Shown: positions 44,624 to 54,821 of the stretch, piece by piece
Layout: every line of letters starts with the position of its first letter
Numbering within the stretch: position 1 is the stretch's first letter
Source: Mantamonas sphyraenae STR306
Taxonomy: Eukaryota > Protista > CRuMs
Length of the DNA stretch: 64,000 nucleotides
Reading direction: 5' to 3'
Assembly: GCA_026936335.1 (NCBI GenBank)
Contig: JAPMXV010000047.1
Span: 1-64,000 of the forward strand
Translations under genes and position numbers: made by a program
Notes under the pieces: model-generated
Databases searched by the model: none
What the model saw: only the letters and a program-made list of their open reading frames with translations
What the model was told of the DNA's origin: nothing

Positions 44624-44639
44624 ATTTCGAGTACTCGCT
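44576..44639 (+). repeat. 33-bp-period direct duplication
   Basis: caagatgaaagcttagatttcgagtacgcgct followed by caagatgaagcttagatttcgagtactcgct. Confidence 0.9.
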
Positions 44640-46033
44640 TTCTTATTTGCACAACCCAACCCAGCAAAGAAGGGGGTCTCTTCGGCCACCCAAAAATGTG
44701 ATGGAAGCGTTTCAATGGCCTTTACAAAGCATTACGCCAAGTTGTAGGCAATGAAACCCATTGTGTGAAAGACCCAACACTTAAAGCAACGCTACCGCCA
44801 AAACTTCCCTCTTGCGTGTGGAAAAGATCTTCACGTGCATGGACACAAAGTCCATTCGAGAGGTGTATCGTTTGTCGCGATCGTGCGTGAACCGCTTGAT
44901 GGTGAAGTACCGTGTCGTTTGGTGCGCTGCACGGACGAGACACACCAGGCGCGAGGTCGCGAACGTACCCTCCCAATCCCGTTGTCTGTACAAAACGCAC
45001 GTTTTTCGTCATAATGGACAGTTACACCGATTGGCTTCCTTGTTCAATGCTGCGGCTGAGCATACGAACCATCGTGTTGGACAAGCTCCCAATCCGTGCA
45101 GATGAGTGGAAATGCATTCATTCCTGCATGCTTTGGTGCCCTGGCTATGTCCACGGAAAGGCAATGGGAGGGAACGCGTTGTGACAAAAACACCGGATAG
45201 CGGGTGGTATCTCATCCAGAGCTAAACAATGGCGAGATTCGGGGAACGATGTACTTGCTGATTCCCACAGCCGTTCGCTGGGTCCTCTCAGTGGTGAAGA
45301 CTGACCGACTGCGTACGCATTGATAAGAAAATTGCCCATGACCGAGGACTGATACTTGCTACGGAGTGTGAAACCAGGACGCAGTGAGAAAGATCGCCTT
45401 CGCTGACTAGAGAGGTGAGATCCGAGGATTGACCTTCGTTTGGCTAGGTGGAAACGCAAGTCCGTCATATGTAAATTTTGATTCAAAAACAAATCCAGAA
45501 TATGATCGTTCTCTCAATTTCAGTTTCAATCAAAATTTACAATATCCATGTCATCTTCGGTATATTGCGCCTGTTGTTGATTGGCATTTGAAACGACGAC
45601 CAGATGTGGTAATCTGTGCAGAAAGCAAGCGCCTGCATCCGGCTTGATCCTTCACGTTCCTCGTACGGACCTAACCTGCCAGTTGTCCGAAACATGGCGA
45701 TATTGTGCAAACAACGAGTTTAAAACCAACCACCAAGAACTTCTCTTCGATCGTGTTCTCTCCCGATGTTCGATCGCACTAGGAGCCACGCCTTTGATAC
45801 AGAGTCTTGCCAAGCACACATGTCGTGCATCATTGCATTTTCACACTACTTTGCTGACCATGCACAAAGTTTGGGGGTTCCGCGTGAAATCTTATCCAAA
45901 CGCGAGAGGGAAAAATGGGAATGGAGTTTGCGTTTTTTATGCGTTGTCTGTGTGCTTTACATGATGGGTTTCATTGTCTTCGGCATGGATTACTGCTTGA
46001 CTTGTTGCCACGTAACGCTTCCATCATGCTTCG

Positions 46034-46088
46034 ATGCCCGAAAAGATACTCCCTTCTTTGGTGGAGGAGGGGTTTATCTTTTCGGCAT
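46034..46088. terminator. Hairpin-forming element, candidate transcript 3'-end signal
   Basis: atgcc(c)gaaaagata ... tatcttttcggcat stem; related copies at 35080 and about 44654. Confidence 0.4.
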
Positions 46089-46148
46089 TCAGAGTCTTCC
46101 TTGAAGCAATCTATGAGAATGCCCACCACTAAACCCGACACAATCGGT

Positions 46149-46972
46149 TTACTGTTGGTAAAAAGACAGCTCACAACTCATCATGTAGATTTGCGCAGCG
46201 GTCCTGGTCTGCACACTGGTTGTTTGGTACATGCCAGCAACGGGAGAGCGAATCCTTCTCACACAGGTTCCAACGTGATTCCATCGCCTTTGATCGTGAC
46301 CGAGGAGGACGGTGGAAAGGTGTGTACTCTCAAGTTTGGAGCGAAAGACATACGCCAGAGTCAAGTGCGCCTTGGTGACCCGACCTGGATAGCGTTGCCG
46401 TACCATCGAAGAATGCTGGCCTCAACTTCCGGTTCTCCAAAGCCCCACTGGACCACGTGGTGGTCAATGGCTGTGGTGGTGGCACTCTCTCCAAGTTTAT
46501 ACGCACTCACTACCCCGATGCCCGCCTCGACACCGTTGAGCGTGATCCTGCCGTCGTGGAAATCGCTCGGAATTAGTTTGAACTCCCCACCGACAGCAAC
46601 GTTCATGTCCACCTGAATGGTGACGGCGAAGACTTTGTCTCGAAGTGTCGAGGCGGTGAGTATATGATCTTGTTTTTCAAGTTAGTTGCGCGGGAGTACC
46701 ATGTTCAATGATTTCAAAAAGGAAGCGATGTCGATTTCCATGCCACTGAGCAGGTGCGCCAATCGGCTTGGAAACTGTGGAGTCGTGTGATGGAAATTGG
46801 AGGTGACACACCCTTTCGTGATGGGTTGTGTGTGGATGCAGGATCCGTACCCTCGAGCCGAACTCGCAGCACACTCGCTCGCCAGGGCCCACGCCACGCA
46901 CAGCTGGTCCTTGGGCGCTCGTTTTGAGCTGATCCTGTGCAACCGACTCATCGTGGTCGTTGTGCCGATCAA
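46149..46972 (-). pseudogene. Fragmented hypothetical gene
   Basis: ORFs 46682-46972 and 46361-46612 are in one frame separated by a single TAA; ORF 46149-46406 overlaps downstream. Confidence 0.35.
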
Positions 46973-47056
46973 CGTCTTTCATTGAAGATAAGTGTGCGTT
47001 GTCTTCGGGAAAAGAAAGTCCTCCTAGACGAGTAGGCGCTCACCTGACCACCAGAA

Positions 47057-48403
47057 ATGTTCATGCGAGCAGCACAAACGGTTCAGGCTGAGAAGGCGGT
47101 CTACGGAATGCTCGGCCTTGCGTTTGGATTTGGTGTCGCATGTGCAAGTCGTCCGAGCTCTGAGCTCGTGAGTAGCAGAACGGGCGACGAAGCCTGCCGT
47201 GGTTGCATTCACAAGATGGTTGCCTCGCTATCAGGGGACACGCGAGCCGTGGTGTCGAAACGCGTGCTCGAGCGTGCGTGCCGGCAGGTATGGGACGAAG
47301 AGACTGCGGTGGCGACACTCTGTGAATTGGAGAACACAAAGGTGCTCACCGAACTCGGTCCGCGTGCAATGTTTTTCACGGTCCATAAGCAACACATGGT
47401 CCGAGAAGAGGATGGTGTGTTGACGCGTGGAGAAAGGTTGGATCTTCTACGTGGGTACACCGATACCGTTTGGAAGGATGCGTTGACGGTCGAAGAGCGG
47501 GTCGCCGTTTCGCTGCAGTTGCAGCATGTTTTGGAGGGCTTTGAGAACAACTACAACGAAGTGGCCCGTGAGGCTGTGGTTGGACTATGGGTTGCAGGGC
47601 TGTACTCTCTCGGCCTGTCTGATGAGACTGAGGCCAGAAAGATGGTGTTGTTTGATAAGGCAGAGGATGTAATGCAGAGGTACAAAGTGAAGGACAACGT
47701 CAGCAAGGTGCTGCGCTTCCTCGCTCGTGGAGGGACTTTGGCAAAGATTCCAAAAGAGGTGTGTGCTGATGCAGACCACGCTTTGGAGTGCTTGGAGAGC
47801 CACCCCATGGTATTTGGAGAAGATGTCCCCCCGCTCGTCAAAGATTGGCGCCTGCAGTACAAGGCACTCATGTGTTTGCAAAACGCGATTTACGGGAGCG
47901 CTGAACGATGCAAAGCAGGTTCGGAAACGCTAGCTGATATCGTCAATGAGGACCTATCGCTCCTGGGGGAGCACCTTTACACCGGCTTGGAAGGTGTGCT
48001 TCTCAGCAACCATCTCGACATTGAGATGACGGCAGCGTTAGCATTCTGGCACATTGGAAAAGTTGAAGTGGCAGCGTACTACATGCATCGTGCAAGTATT
48101 TTTGCCACGACTCTTTATGGCAGAGACTCAGTCGCGACCCTGCACATTGACCTGGCGAGTCAGCATGTTGCAAACGCTGCCCTCAGCAAAGAGGGATTGG
48201 GTATCCGCGCGGGGGTGCTGGACAATGCGCTGAAAGTTTACGAGAGGTTGCAGGCGACACTGTGCACAAACCACATCCCACATTTCGTGAGTGCGGACAG
48301 GCTGGAAAAGTTTGCGTGTGCGAGCATGAAGGAGCTCATGCCGAAGCTACAGGTGGACGAGCGAATCAGATTTCAACATGTTATGCGCATGTGTAGCAAG
48401 TAG
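47057..48403 (+). CDS. Helical hypothetical protein with degenerate TPR-like C-terminal repeats
   Basis: 448-aa intact ORF; AAYYMHRASIFATTLYGRDSVAT and ALKVYERL resemble kinesin-light-chain-type TPRs. Confidence 0.6.
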   Translation: MFMRAAQTVQAEKAVYGMLGLAFGFGVACASRPSSELVSSRTGDEACRGCIHKMVASLSGDTRAVVSKRVLERACRQVWDEETAVATLCELENTKVLTELGPRAMFFTVHKQHMVREEDGVLTRGERLDLLRGYTDTVWKDALTVEERVAVSLQLQHVLEGFENNYNEVAREAVVGLWVAGLYSLGLSDETEARKMVLFDKAEDVMQRYKVKDNVSKVLRFLARGGTLAKIPKEVCADADHALECLESHPMVFGEDVPPLVKDWRLQYKALMCLQNAIYGSAERCKAGSETLADIVNEDLSLLGEHLYTGLEGVLLSNHLDIEMTAALAFWHIGKVEVAAYYMHRASIFATTLYGRDSVATLHIDLASQHVANAALSKEGLGIRAGVLDNALKVYERLQATLCTNHIPHFVSADRLEKFACASMKELMPKLQVDERIRFQHVMRMCSK

Positions 48404-48456
48404 TTGTGAACCTGCTGCTCCGCGAAAGGAGCAGTCCTACTCCTTTGACAAACCCC

Positions 48457-49522
48457 TCACGGAACACTCCTACGATCCCGGTTCCATGAACGCCATCCAC
48501 TCCTAGTCCAGCTCACCTCTGGGCCACAAACCCGGCAACCAATCTCGTCATCCCACACAGCACGCATCGCATGATGAGAAGCGGCCACATAAAGTCGGTT
48601 TGCTGATCGGCGACGTGCTTCAAAATCATCTTGGTCACGCATTCGTCGGGGAGTCAACAAACATGTGCTCATACTTGGATCGCGCGTCGACATTGAGGTT
48701 GCGCACCTCGCGAAACCATTCTCGCTCAGCGTGAGATGTCATCCACACAGAGAGAAGCTCAGCTCGCGAAACATCCGGTGCAAGTCCAGCAGGCCATCCT
48801 CCATCCTTAGCCAGCAAGAGCACACAGGATTTCCCACCCACGCCACCCGTCGGTACCAGATCGGTCCACAGCACAACACTGTGTGTGCGGTACTGTTGCG
48901 GCAGCAGGGGTGCTGCAAAGTCCACCAACGAGGCCTCCCATCGCGGATTGTCGTCGTGCAGTCCTCCGCCGAGGTCCATCGCCTCCTGCGTGCACATCAT
49001 GGCTGCCAGTCGTCCACGTACCCACGTGGCTATCTTCCATTTGAGTCGAGGAAGAGCGTACACAAGGACTGCTCTGCTGTGTGCTTCGTGCTTGTCGGCA
49101 AACTCGAAATCCTTGAGCGGTGGTCGTTTCTTTGACAAGTTGGAGTGCCTCGTCTGTGTTTGCACACGGTGCATACCGCTGCGGCCACAGCACGTCCGCC
49201 TCTACCTGATCAACACTCCTGACATTACCCGAAACCTCTGGCCAGGATGACGGCCGAGTCGTATCGCCGTGCCAGAATTGACTGCGCGCTGCCGCGGAAA
49301 GTCGAACGCGAAATGCGCCAGCCAGGTCGGAGCTGAGGCATGGGGCCCGCAGTTGCCGAGAGTAAACGGCGAGTGCTTGTAAAATCCGCGACACATATAC
49401 ACGGCTGGTGGCAGGCGCACCATGCACTGCACGCGAAACTCGGCAAACATGTACAACTCTGCTTTGGCAAGGACCTGCTGCATTATGGTCCGTGAAACCG
49501 TCATAAACACGTGCGAATACAT
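48457..49522 (-). pseudogene. Fragmented hypothetical gene
   Basis: ORFs 49202-49522 and 48635-49174 share a frame across one TAG; ORF 48457-48693 overlaps. Confidence 0.35.
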
Positions 49523-49779
49523 GAACCCACCGTTCTCGTGTTCCCATTTGAGAGCAGAGCAGCACCAGTCGAGCAGCCGGGATCGGTGATCTCATTCTAG
49601 CTGTTCCTCGACACTGAGGTCTTTTCCAAGGAGATACGAATCAACTCTCAACACCGCGATTCCACGACGTGCTGGGATCGGAACTGATATGTATGATCGG
49701 TTCGACAAACTGTGATTCTGGTACTTGGAGAAATCAGCCACGGTGTCCGGGGTTCCTCGGAAGGCAAAGGAAGGAGGAA

Positions 49780-50790
49780 ATGAAGGAGCGCAGCGTCGAC
49801 CAAGTAAACCCATCCGCGCGTGCAATGTCAACCATCTCACAGGACGACTGGTGGGGCGACTTGTTCCAAGGCGATGTGTCGGACGAATGCTTCTCGGAGA
49901 AGGAGAACCTGCTGATCAGCCGCTATGAGCTTTCCACGGACCAGCAGCGCGTCCTACACGCGGTGAACCAAACACGCAACATTGAGCGCATCCCAGCGGA
50001 AGAACTAGTGTGGAACATTGGAGTATGCTCAGCCGGAGGCGACGTCGAGTGGCCACAGGTGTACAAGACGGTGCTGGAGCGCGTATCGCGCTTTGAGGAG
50101 GCAGAGCGAAAGTATGGGTGGGTGTCCGGCGAGTGGACACCCGAGCTGATGCGATTGCTCATTCGCAACTGGTATTGTGGCATGATGGTCATTGTTCCGG
50201 GTGTGGTTTGCACAAACGGAAGCCCGTTGATGTTTGTGCACGAGTACTACGCCTACGCGCCTCTGATTGAGGACCAGGACGACGCATACATCCAACAGAC
50301 CATCGATCTCTTTGTGCGCCAGACTCGCTCCATCTGCAAGAGCTACCCGACAGCCACGACAAAGGGTTTGGTCAGCTTCAGCGACTTTACCCACTTTGAT
50401 CATGACCGCTACGACATGCATCGACAAAAGATGGAGCACGCCGAGGTCGGGGCGTACATCCCCTCCAAACTCGTCCGCATGATCGCCACCAACACAGACG
50501 AAAAGATGAACAAGCTTTACAGTGAATACCCTGCCCGTATGCTCAAGAAGTGGGGACTAGCACAGTACGATGGTGGTCTTTCGGACGCCATTGAGAACGA
50601 TGAATACCTGCCATCTGTAGATGTCATTCCCCAGTTTATGGGTGGCAATTCGCACGTTAACATCCTTGAGTGTCTCCAACATCTGCTGAGCCAGGAGCCA
50701 GAGGCTCTGAAACTGCTAGAGTCCGTCCACGAGGAGATGAGGGTTGACGGAGAGCTTCCAAATCCAGAATACATGGGACAGGGAGAGTGA
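49780..50790 (+). CDS. CRAL-TRIO (Sec14-like) lipid-binding domain protein
   Basis: GSPLMFV, KGLVSFSDFTHF, YIPSKLVRMIATN and DVIPQFMGG match the Sec14 pattern. Part of ORF 49669-50790. Confidence 0.7.
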   Translation: MKERSVDQVNPSARAMSTISQDDWWGDLFQGDVSDECFSEKENLLISRYELSTDQQRVLHAVNQTRNIERIPAEELVWNIGVCSAGGDVEWPQVYKTVLERVSRFEEAERKYGWVSGEWTPELMRLLIRNWYCGMMVIVPGVVCTNGSPLMFVHEYYAYAPLIEDQDDAYIQQTIDLFVRQTRSICKSYPTATTKGLVSFSDFTHFDHDRYDMHRQKMEHAEVGAYIPSKLVRMIATNTDEKMNKLYSEYPARMLKKWGLAQYDGGLSDAIENDEYLPSVDVIPQFMGGNSHVNILECLQHLLSQEPEALKLLESVHEEMRVDGELPNPEYMGQGE

Positions 50791-50949
50791 CCACCTCACC
50801 TCGTATATCCTTGTATGGCCAATCCCACCCACCCTCGTACCTGCCCCGTCCCCGTCGGTACAGGAACACTGAGTTTGTTGCATCCAATCTTGACGAAAAC
50901 GCAAATTTTCAACCAACTGCCGCTTTGCGTCCAACTACCCAACCCAACA

Positions 50950-51237
50950 ATGTCCCTCAACGAAGCTGTGTCCACACTCGAATCGTCCGAGGGTCTTGCC
51001 TGGCCTGCACTTGACATCCAAGCACTTGACATCCAAGACGTGGAAGCCTCTCCGTTGCAAAGAGTTACACGCCTCCAGCGCAAGCGGACCCTCTCGACCA
51101 GCTCGGAAGACTCGAGCGCAAGCACGGCAACTGTGTCCACGCAAGATTCCCAACAAGCACGCGGGGAGAAGCAGCAGTGGGTGAATGACGAGTCCGGAGA
51201 CGCTGTAGAGCCTGGTGAGTGTCGTCAGAGTGAGTAG
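50950..51237 (+). CDS. Small hypothetical protein (repeat copy)
   Basis: Mirror of 27377-27664. Confidence 0.4.
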   Translation: MSLNEAVSTLESSEGLAWPALDIQALDIQDVEASPLQRVTRLQRKRTLSTSSEDSSASTATVSTQDSQQARGEKQQWVNDESGDAVEPGECRQSE

Positions 51238-51588
51238 AGCCCGTTTCTTGGTTTTCCCTCCCAAAACCAAGCTCGCCTTTCACGTGGCTATCACGGCTCT
51301 GTTTCCATATGCCACCCACACAGCACGTTCAGGTAGAGTTGGAAGGGGACAGGCACGTGCACATCGACACCCGATAGGGCTACAAGAGGCGACTGGGACC
51401 TCCCAGAGCATGTGTCCCTCGTTGCCAGGCGTCCTTGCGCTCAACCGACACGTGTTACTGTCCATCGTCGAGGGCATGGAGGTTGCATTCGTCAAAGGCG
51501 CGCACAAACCCGTCGGTGTTGACAAACCCATCCTTGTTGAGGTCAACCATGCGACTCGTGGTGCGCTGAGTGCAAGCCCAGGTTGCCA

Positions 51589-52227
51589 CAGGAGACGCTA
51601 TAACTCTGGAGCAACAACATCAAGGAAGAAGGTGCAGTAGCAGTTGCGCAGGCGCTGAGTGAGAACAGCAGCTTGCACAGTCTGTACCTCGGTGACAACG
51701 TCATCAGTGTAGGAGGAACTGAAGCACTGACAAAGGCAATGGAAGACAATCGGTCGTGCTGCAAGATACTGGGCGTTGACAACGACGCACTGAAGTCGCT
51801 GTTGGAGATAAACAAGAAGCAGCATGTGGAGTTTGTGGATTGTGGGGATGTGGAGAAGATGGCTGCGCTGAGGGAGTGGGGTGTGCCTGTGGAGTTGAAA
51901 CCCGCGCTGGAGCGAGCAGTGAGTGAACGGGACGAGAGGATTACGGAGGTGTTGAGAGAATGGGGTGAGCAGCCGAGGGTGAAAACGGTGGAGATGGTGA
52001 GGGAGGCAGGGTGGAGGAAGGCGTGGCATTGGATTGGGTGGGTTGGACAGGTGGATGAGGCGATGAAGGTGGCGTTGGTGATGAATGTGGAGGAGAGGGA
52101 GGCGATGTTTGCGTGTGGAGGGATGGAGGAAAACCAGCCAAGTGCACTATGCAGCACACTTCCAGATGAGGTGATGACAAGGCTGGAGGTGGGGACAATG
52201 AATTCTGGCGAGGTATCTGATATCTAA
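51589..52227 (+). pseudogene. Truncated LRR protein (repeat copy), TAA at 51601-51603
   Basis: Mirror of 26387-27025. Confidence 0.7.
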
Positions 52228-52275
52228 AACAAGCTTGTACAAGCCACTGGTTCCATCTCGGAATGCGACAACATC

Positions 52276-53884
52276 ATGCGCGACCGCCACAAGTCAAATT
52301 CCTCTCTTCTACACGCGCCTCCCACCGACGGCATGTCGGTGAATCGGCGATCATGTCCACCCAAGCTGCTTGAACAACCCCCTGCCGAGGCTGCAGAGCT
52401 TGCAAAAGAAGGGAGAAAAGCAATCACAACGGATGGTCGCATCTTCTATTTCCCCAGAGGCACGCCCACGTTCCTGATTCAAACATTCACGATGCTGGAG
52501 AATCCGGACACACAACACATCATCTCTTGGGGCTGGGAGCCTTGTGGGGATATGGAACGATCCGTCGGTAACAACACGACCACACATCAAAGCCAAGAGA
52601 CTCGTAACCGGGCTGTCCTTGAGGGTGGCCCATGTTCAGAGAACTCGCGCCCTGAAAATTCCTGTCGGATCGTCGTCCATGACACCCGTGCACTCGAGGA
52701 GGAAGTTCTGGGTGCCGTGTTCCGCCACTCGTCGTATTTGAGTTTCGCGCGACAACTCAACGCCTATGGATTCTGGAAAGTGGGCAGTGCTATCTTTTCC
52801 CATCCCAAGTTTCTTCGAACAGATGTACGCAGTATCGGGAGCATCAAAAGACACACAGGCAGCGCAAAGGTAGGCGGAGAAGAAAAGGTGGAGATTCTTC
52901 CACGGTCAGCTGCAGGTTTCGTTTCGCTGCGCTGTGGTGAGAGAATCCCGACGCAGAGGACATTTTCACGTGCTTTTGACTCAACGGTGATCATTAGCCG
53001 TACGTTGTGCACGCGGTATGATCCCTAACACCTGCACTGCATTGCAGAGCCGGAAGCGAAAGCGCAGCTCCGACGACACAGATCACACCATGCACCAGGA
53101 ACCAAACGAAAACGGTGGTCACCCCGATGAAAAGCGGCAGCATGTCGTGAGAGACAGTACAGCTGGGCAAGAGTGGCCAAAGACGGCAAACTGGAACACA
53201 TCGCCCACAGCGACGCGCATCGAGAAAGGAACACCACGAGTACAGATTGTGCACCTGCACAAAGAGAATCAAATGCTACAGAGTGGTGTAAAGGCCATGC
53301 AAGTGCACCTACAAGTGCAGCGTGCCTTGCTGAGCAAGATGCAGGAAAAGCTGATGCGGACGCAGTCGCTCGTTCGGATGTTGACCACCCTTGTCCACAA
53401 TTCGAAAGACAACGTTGATGCCGAAGACCTTAGGAATCTTGAAATGGCGTCTCAGATGTCCGCCGATGGATTGGCTAACTTGCCTTTGTTTCCAAACTAC
53501 TCGACACGATCATCCCAAACAACAATGGCCACGCCAAGCAACGTGCAATTCGAGACAACCGGCGTCGATGACAAGATGTCAGTTGCAAACCATCACAATC
53601 TGAAAGCAAACAATGACTGGAAGACTGCAGCAAGGAATGGCTCACCCTCAAGCCATGGCAACGATAGCCGGTCGAACAGCAGCAGCGCAAGACACAGTAG
53701 CCCTTCCAGCAGTGGCAGCATGGACTTTTTTACCGAGCTTCCGACACCAGTTGACGTTGAAGACACTGTCCACGAGCTGTTGAACATCACAACAGCGGAT
53801 ACGTGGCCCACAAAGCAAAGCGAGGGCTCCATTGTGCTTGCACCTGCTTGGCCTACTCTGTGGGGGAGATTCAAACCCGGGTAG
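52276..53884 (+). CDS. HSF-type transcription factor (repeat copy), predicted intron 52870-53047
   Basis: AAG|GTAGGC...CCTAAC...TTGCAG|AGC joins ORFs 52276-53028 and 53018-53884 in frame. Confidence 0.85.
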
Positions 53885-53951
53885 GCTCCCAGACGGCCAT
53901 CTACGTGGAGGGTCACATTGGCACATTTCCCTCATGCATTCCTGCGCCCGC

Positions 53952-54749
53952 TTACCGATAGCCCAGCTGGAGAAACAGCGCTTGGATGTAAAGGCAAATA
54001 GACGAGGAGAGCTCCTGCCTCGCTCCGTCCACCTCTGTCCAAACCCATTTTGGCGACAATGCGTCGTGGATGTTGTCAACCGAGCAAGTATCGGCTCGCA
54101 TGCAAATGACTCCGTCTTGTGCCGTTCCGAGACACCGGTGCTTGTGAAGGATTCGTTCCAGTTGCTTCCAGTACAGAGCGCGTGGGTCATTGTTGTCATC
54201 AACGGACCAGGCGAACCCAAGAGGGCAAAGCACCCGGAGCTCGTCCGACAACGAGGGTCTCTCTACACCAGAAATCAGCATCAAGCACATCATGACATGC
54301 ATGCCTGGAGTTATATGCAACTCCACGCGTTGCCGTTTCAATGATACACACATGTGGTCGTTTTCAGCGTCCAACGAGGCGACCTGGCGAGCGCGCTTTC
54401 TTCCACGCCGCCCAGCGACACCCTTCTCTTTCTTTCCGGACGGTGCGCTAACACGCAACGGACCACTGCCAGCCTGTTCGTTCCGTTCACATGAAAGGGT
54501 CCTCGATTTCAGTATCTGAAGGTCCTGGAGCCGCGCGTGGAGAAGCAGCGAGGTTTCAGCCACACACTCGTAGGCGTTCCTTATTTGCAGTCCAAGCTGT
54601 TTCATATCTTTGTGAATTTGCACAATGTCATGCATCAGTCGGCTCATCACGGAAAACAGTTGTCGGCTGAACAGATACGGTTGTATTGTGTGCAACAAAG
54701 CAAAAGTTCCAACCGCGGAGACGGTAAGCGGGAATGAATCTGTTTCCAT
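53952..54749 (-). CDS. Hypothetical protein (repeat copy)
   Basis: Mirror of 23865-24662. Confidence 0.55.
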   Translation of the reverse strand: METDSFPLTVSAVGTFALLHTIQPYLFSRQLFSVMSRLMHDIVQIHKDMKQLGLQIRNAYECVAETSLLLHARLQDLQILKSRTLSCERNEQAGSGPLRVSAPSGKKEKGVAGRRGRKRARQVASLDAENDHMCVSLKRQRVELHITPGMHVMMCLMLISGVERPSLSDELRVLCPLGFAWSVDDNNDPRALYWKQLERILHKHRCLGTAQDGVICMRADTCSVDNIHDALSPKWVWTEVDGARQELSSSICLYIQALFLQLGYR

Positions 54750-54821
54750 GCTGTAATCTTCACCGTAGTGGGCCGCCCTTTGTCATGTCACGCACCGTTT
54801 CTTCTGCACAACTCCCCTCCT

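Noticed and set aside
610-51603. Alternative genetic code (stop-codon reassignment)
   Set aside because: All three stop types interrupt frames, each only rarely, while multi-kb ORFs contain none and end in normal stops.
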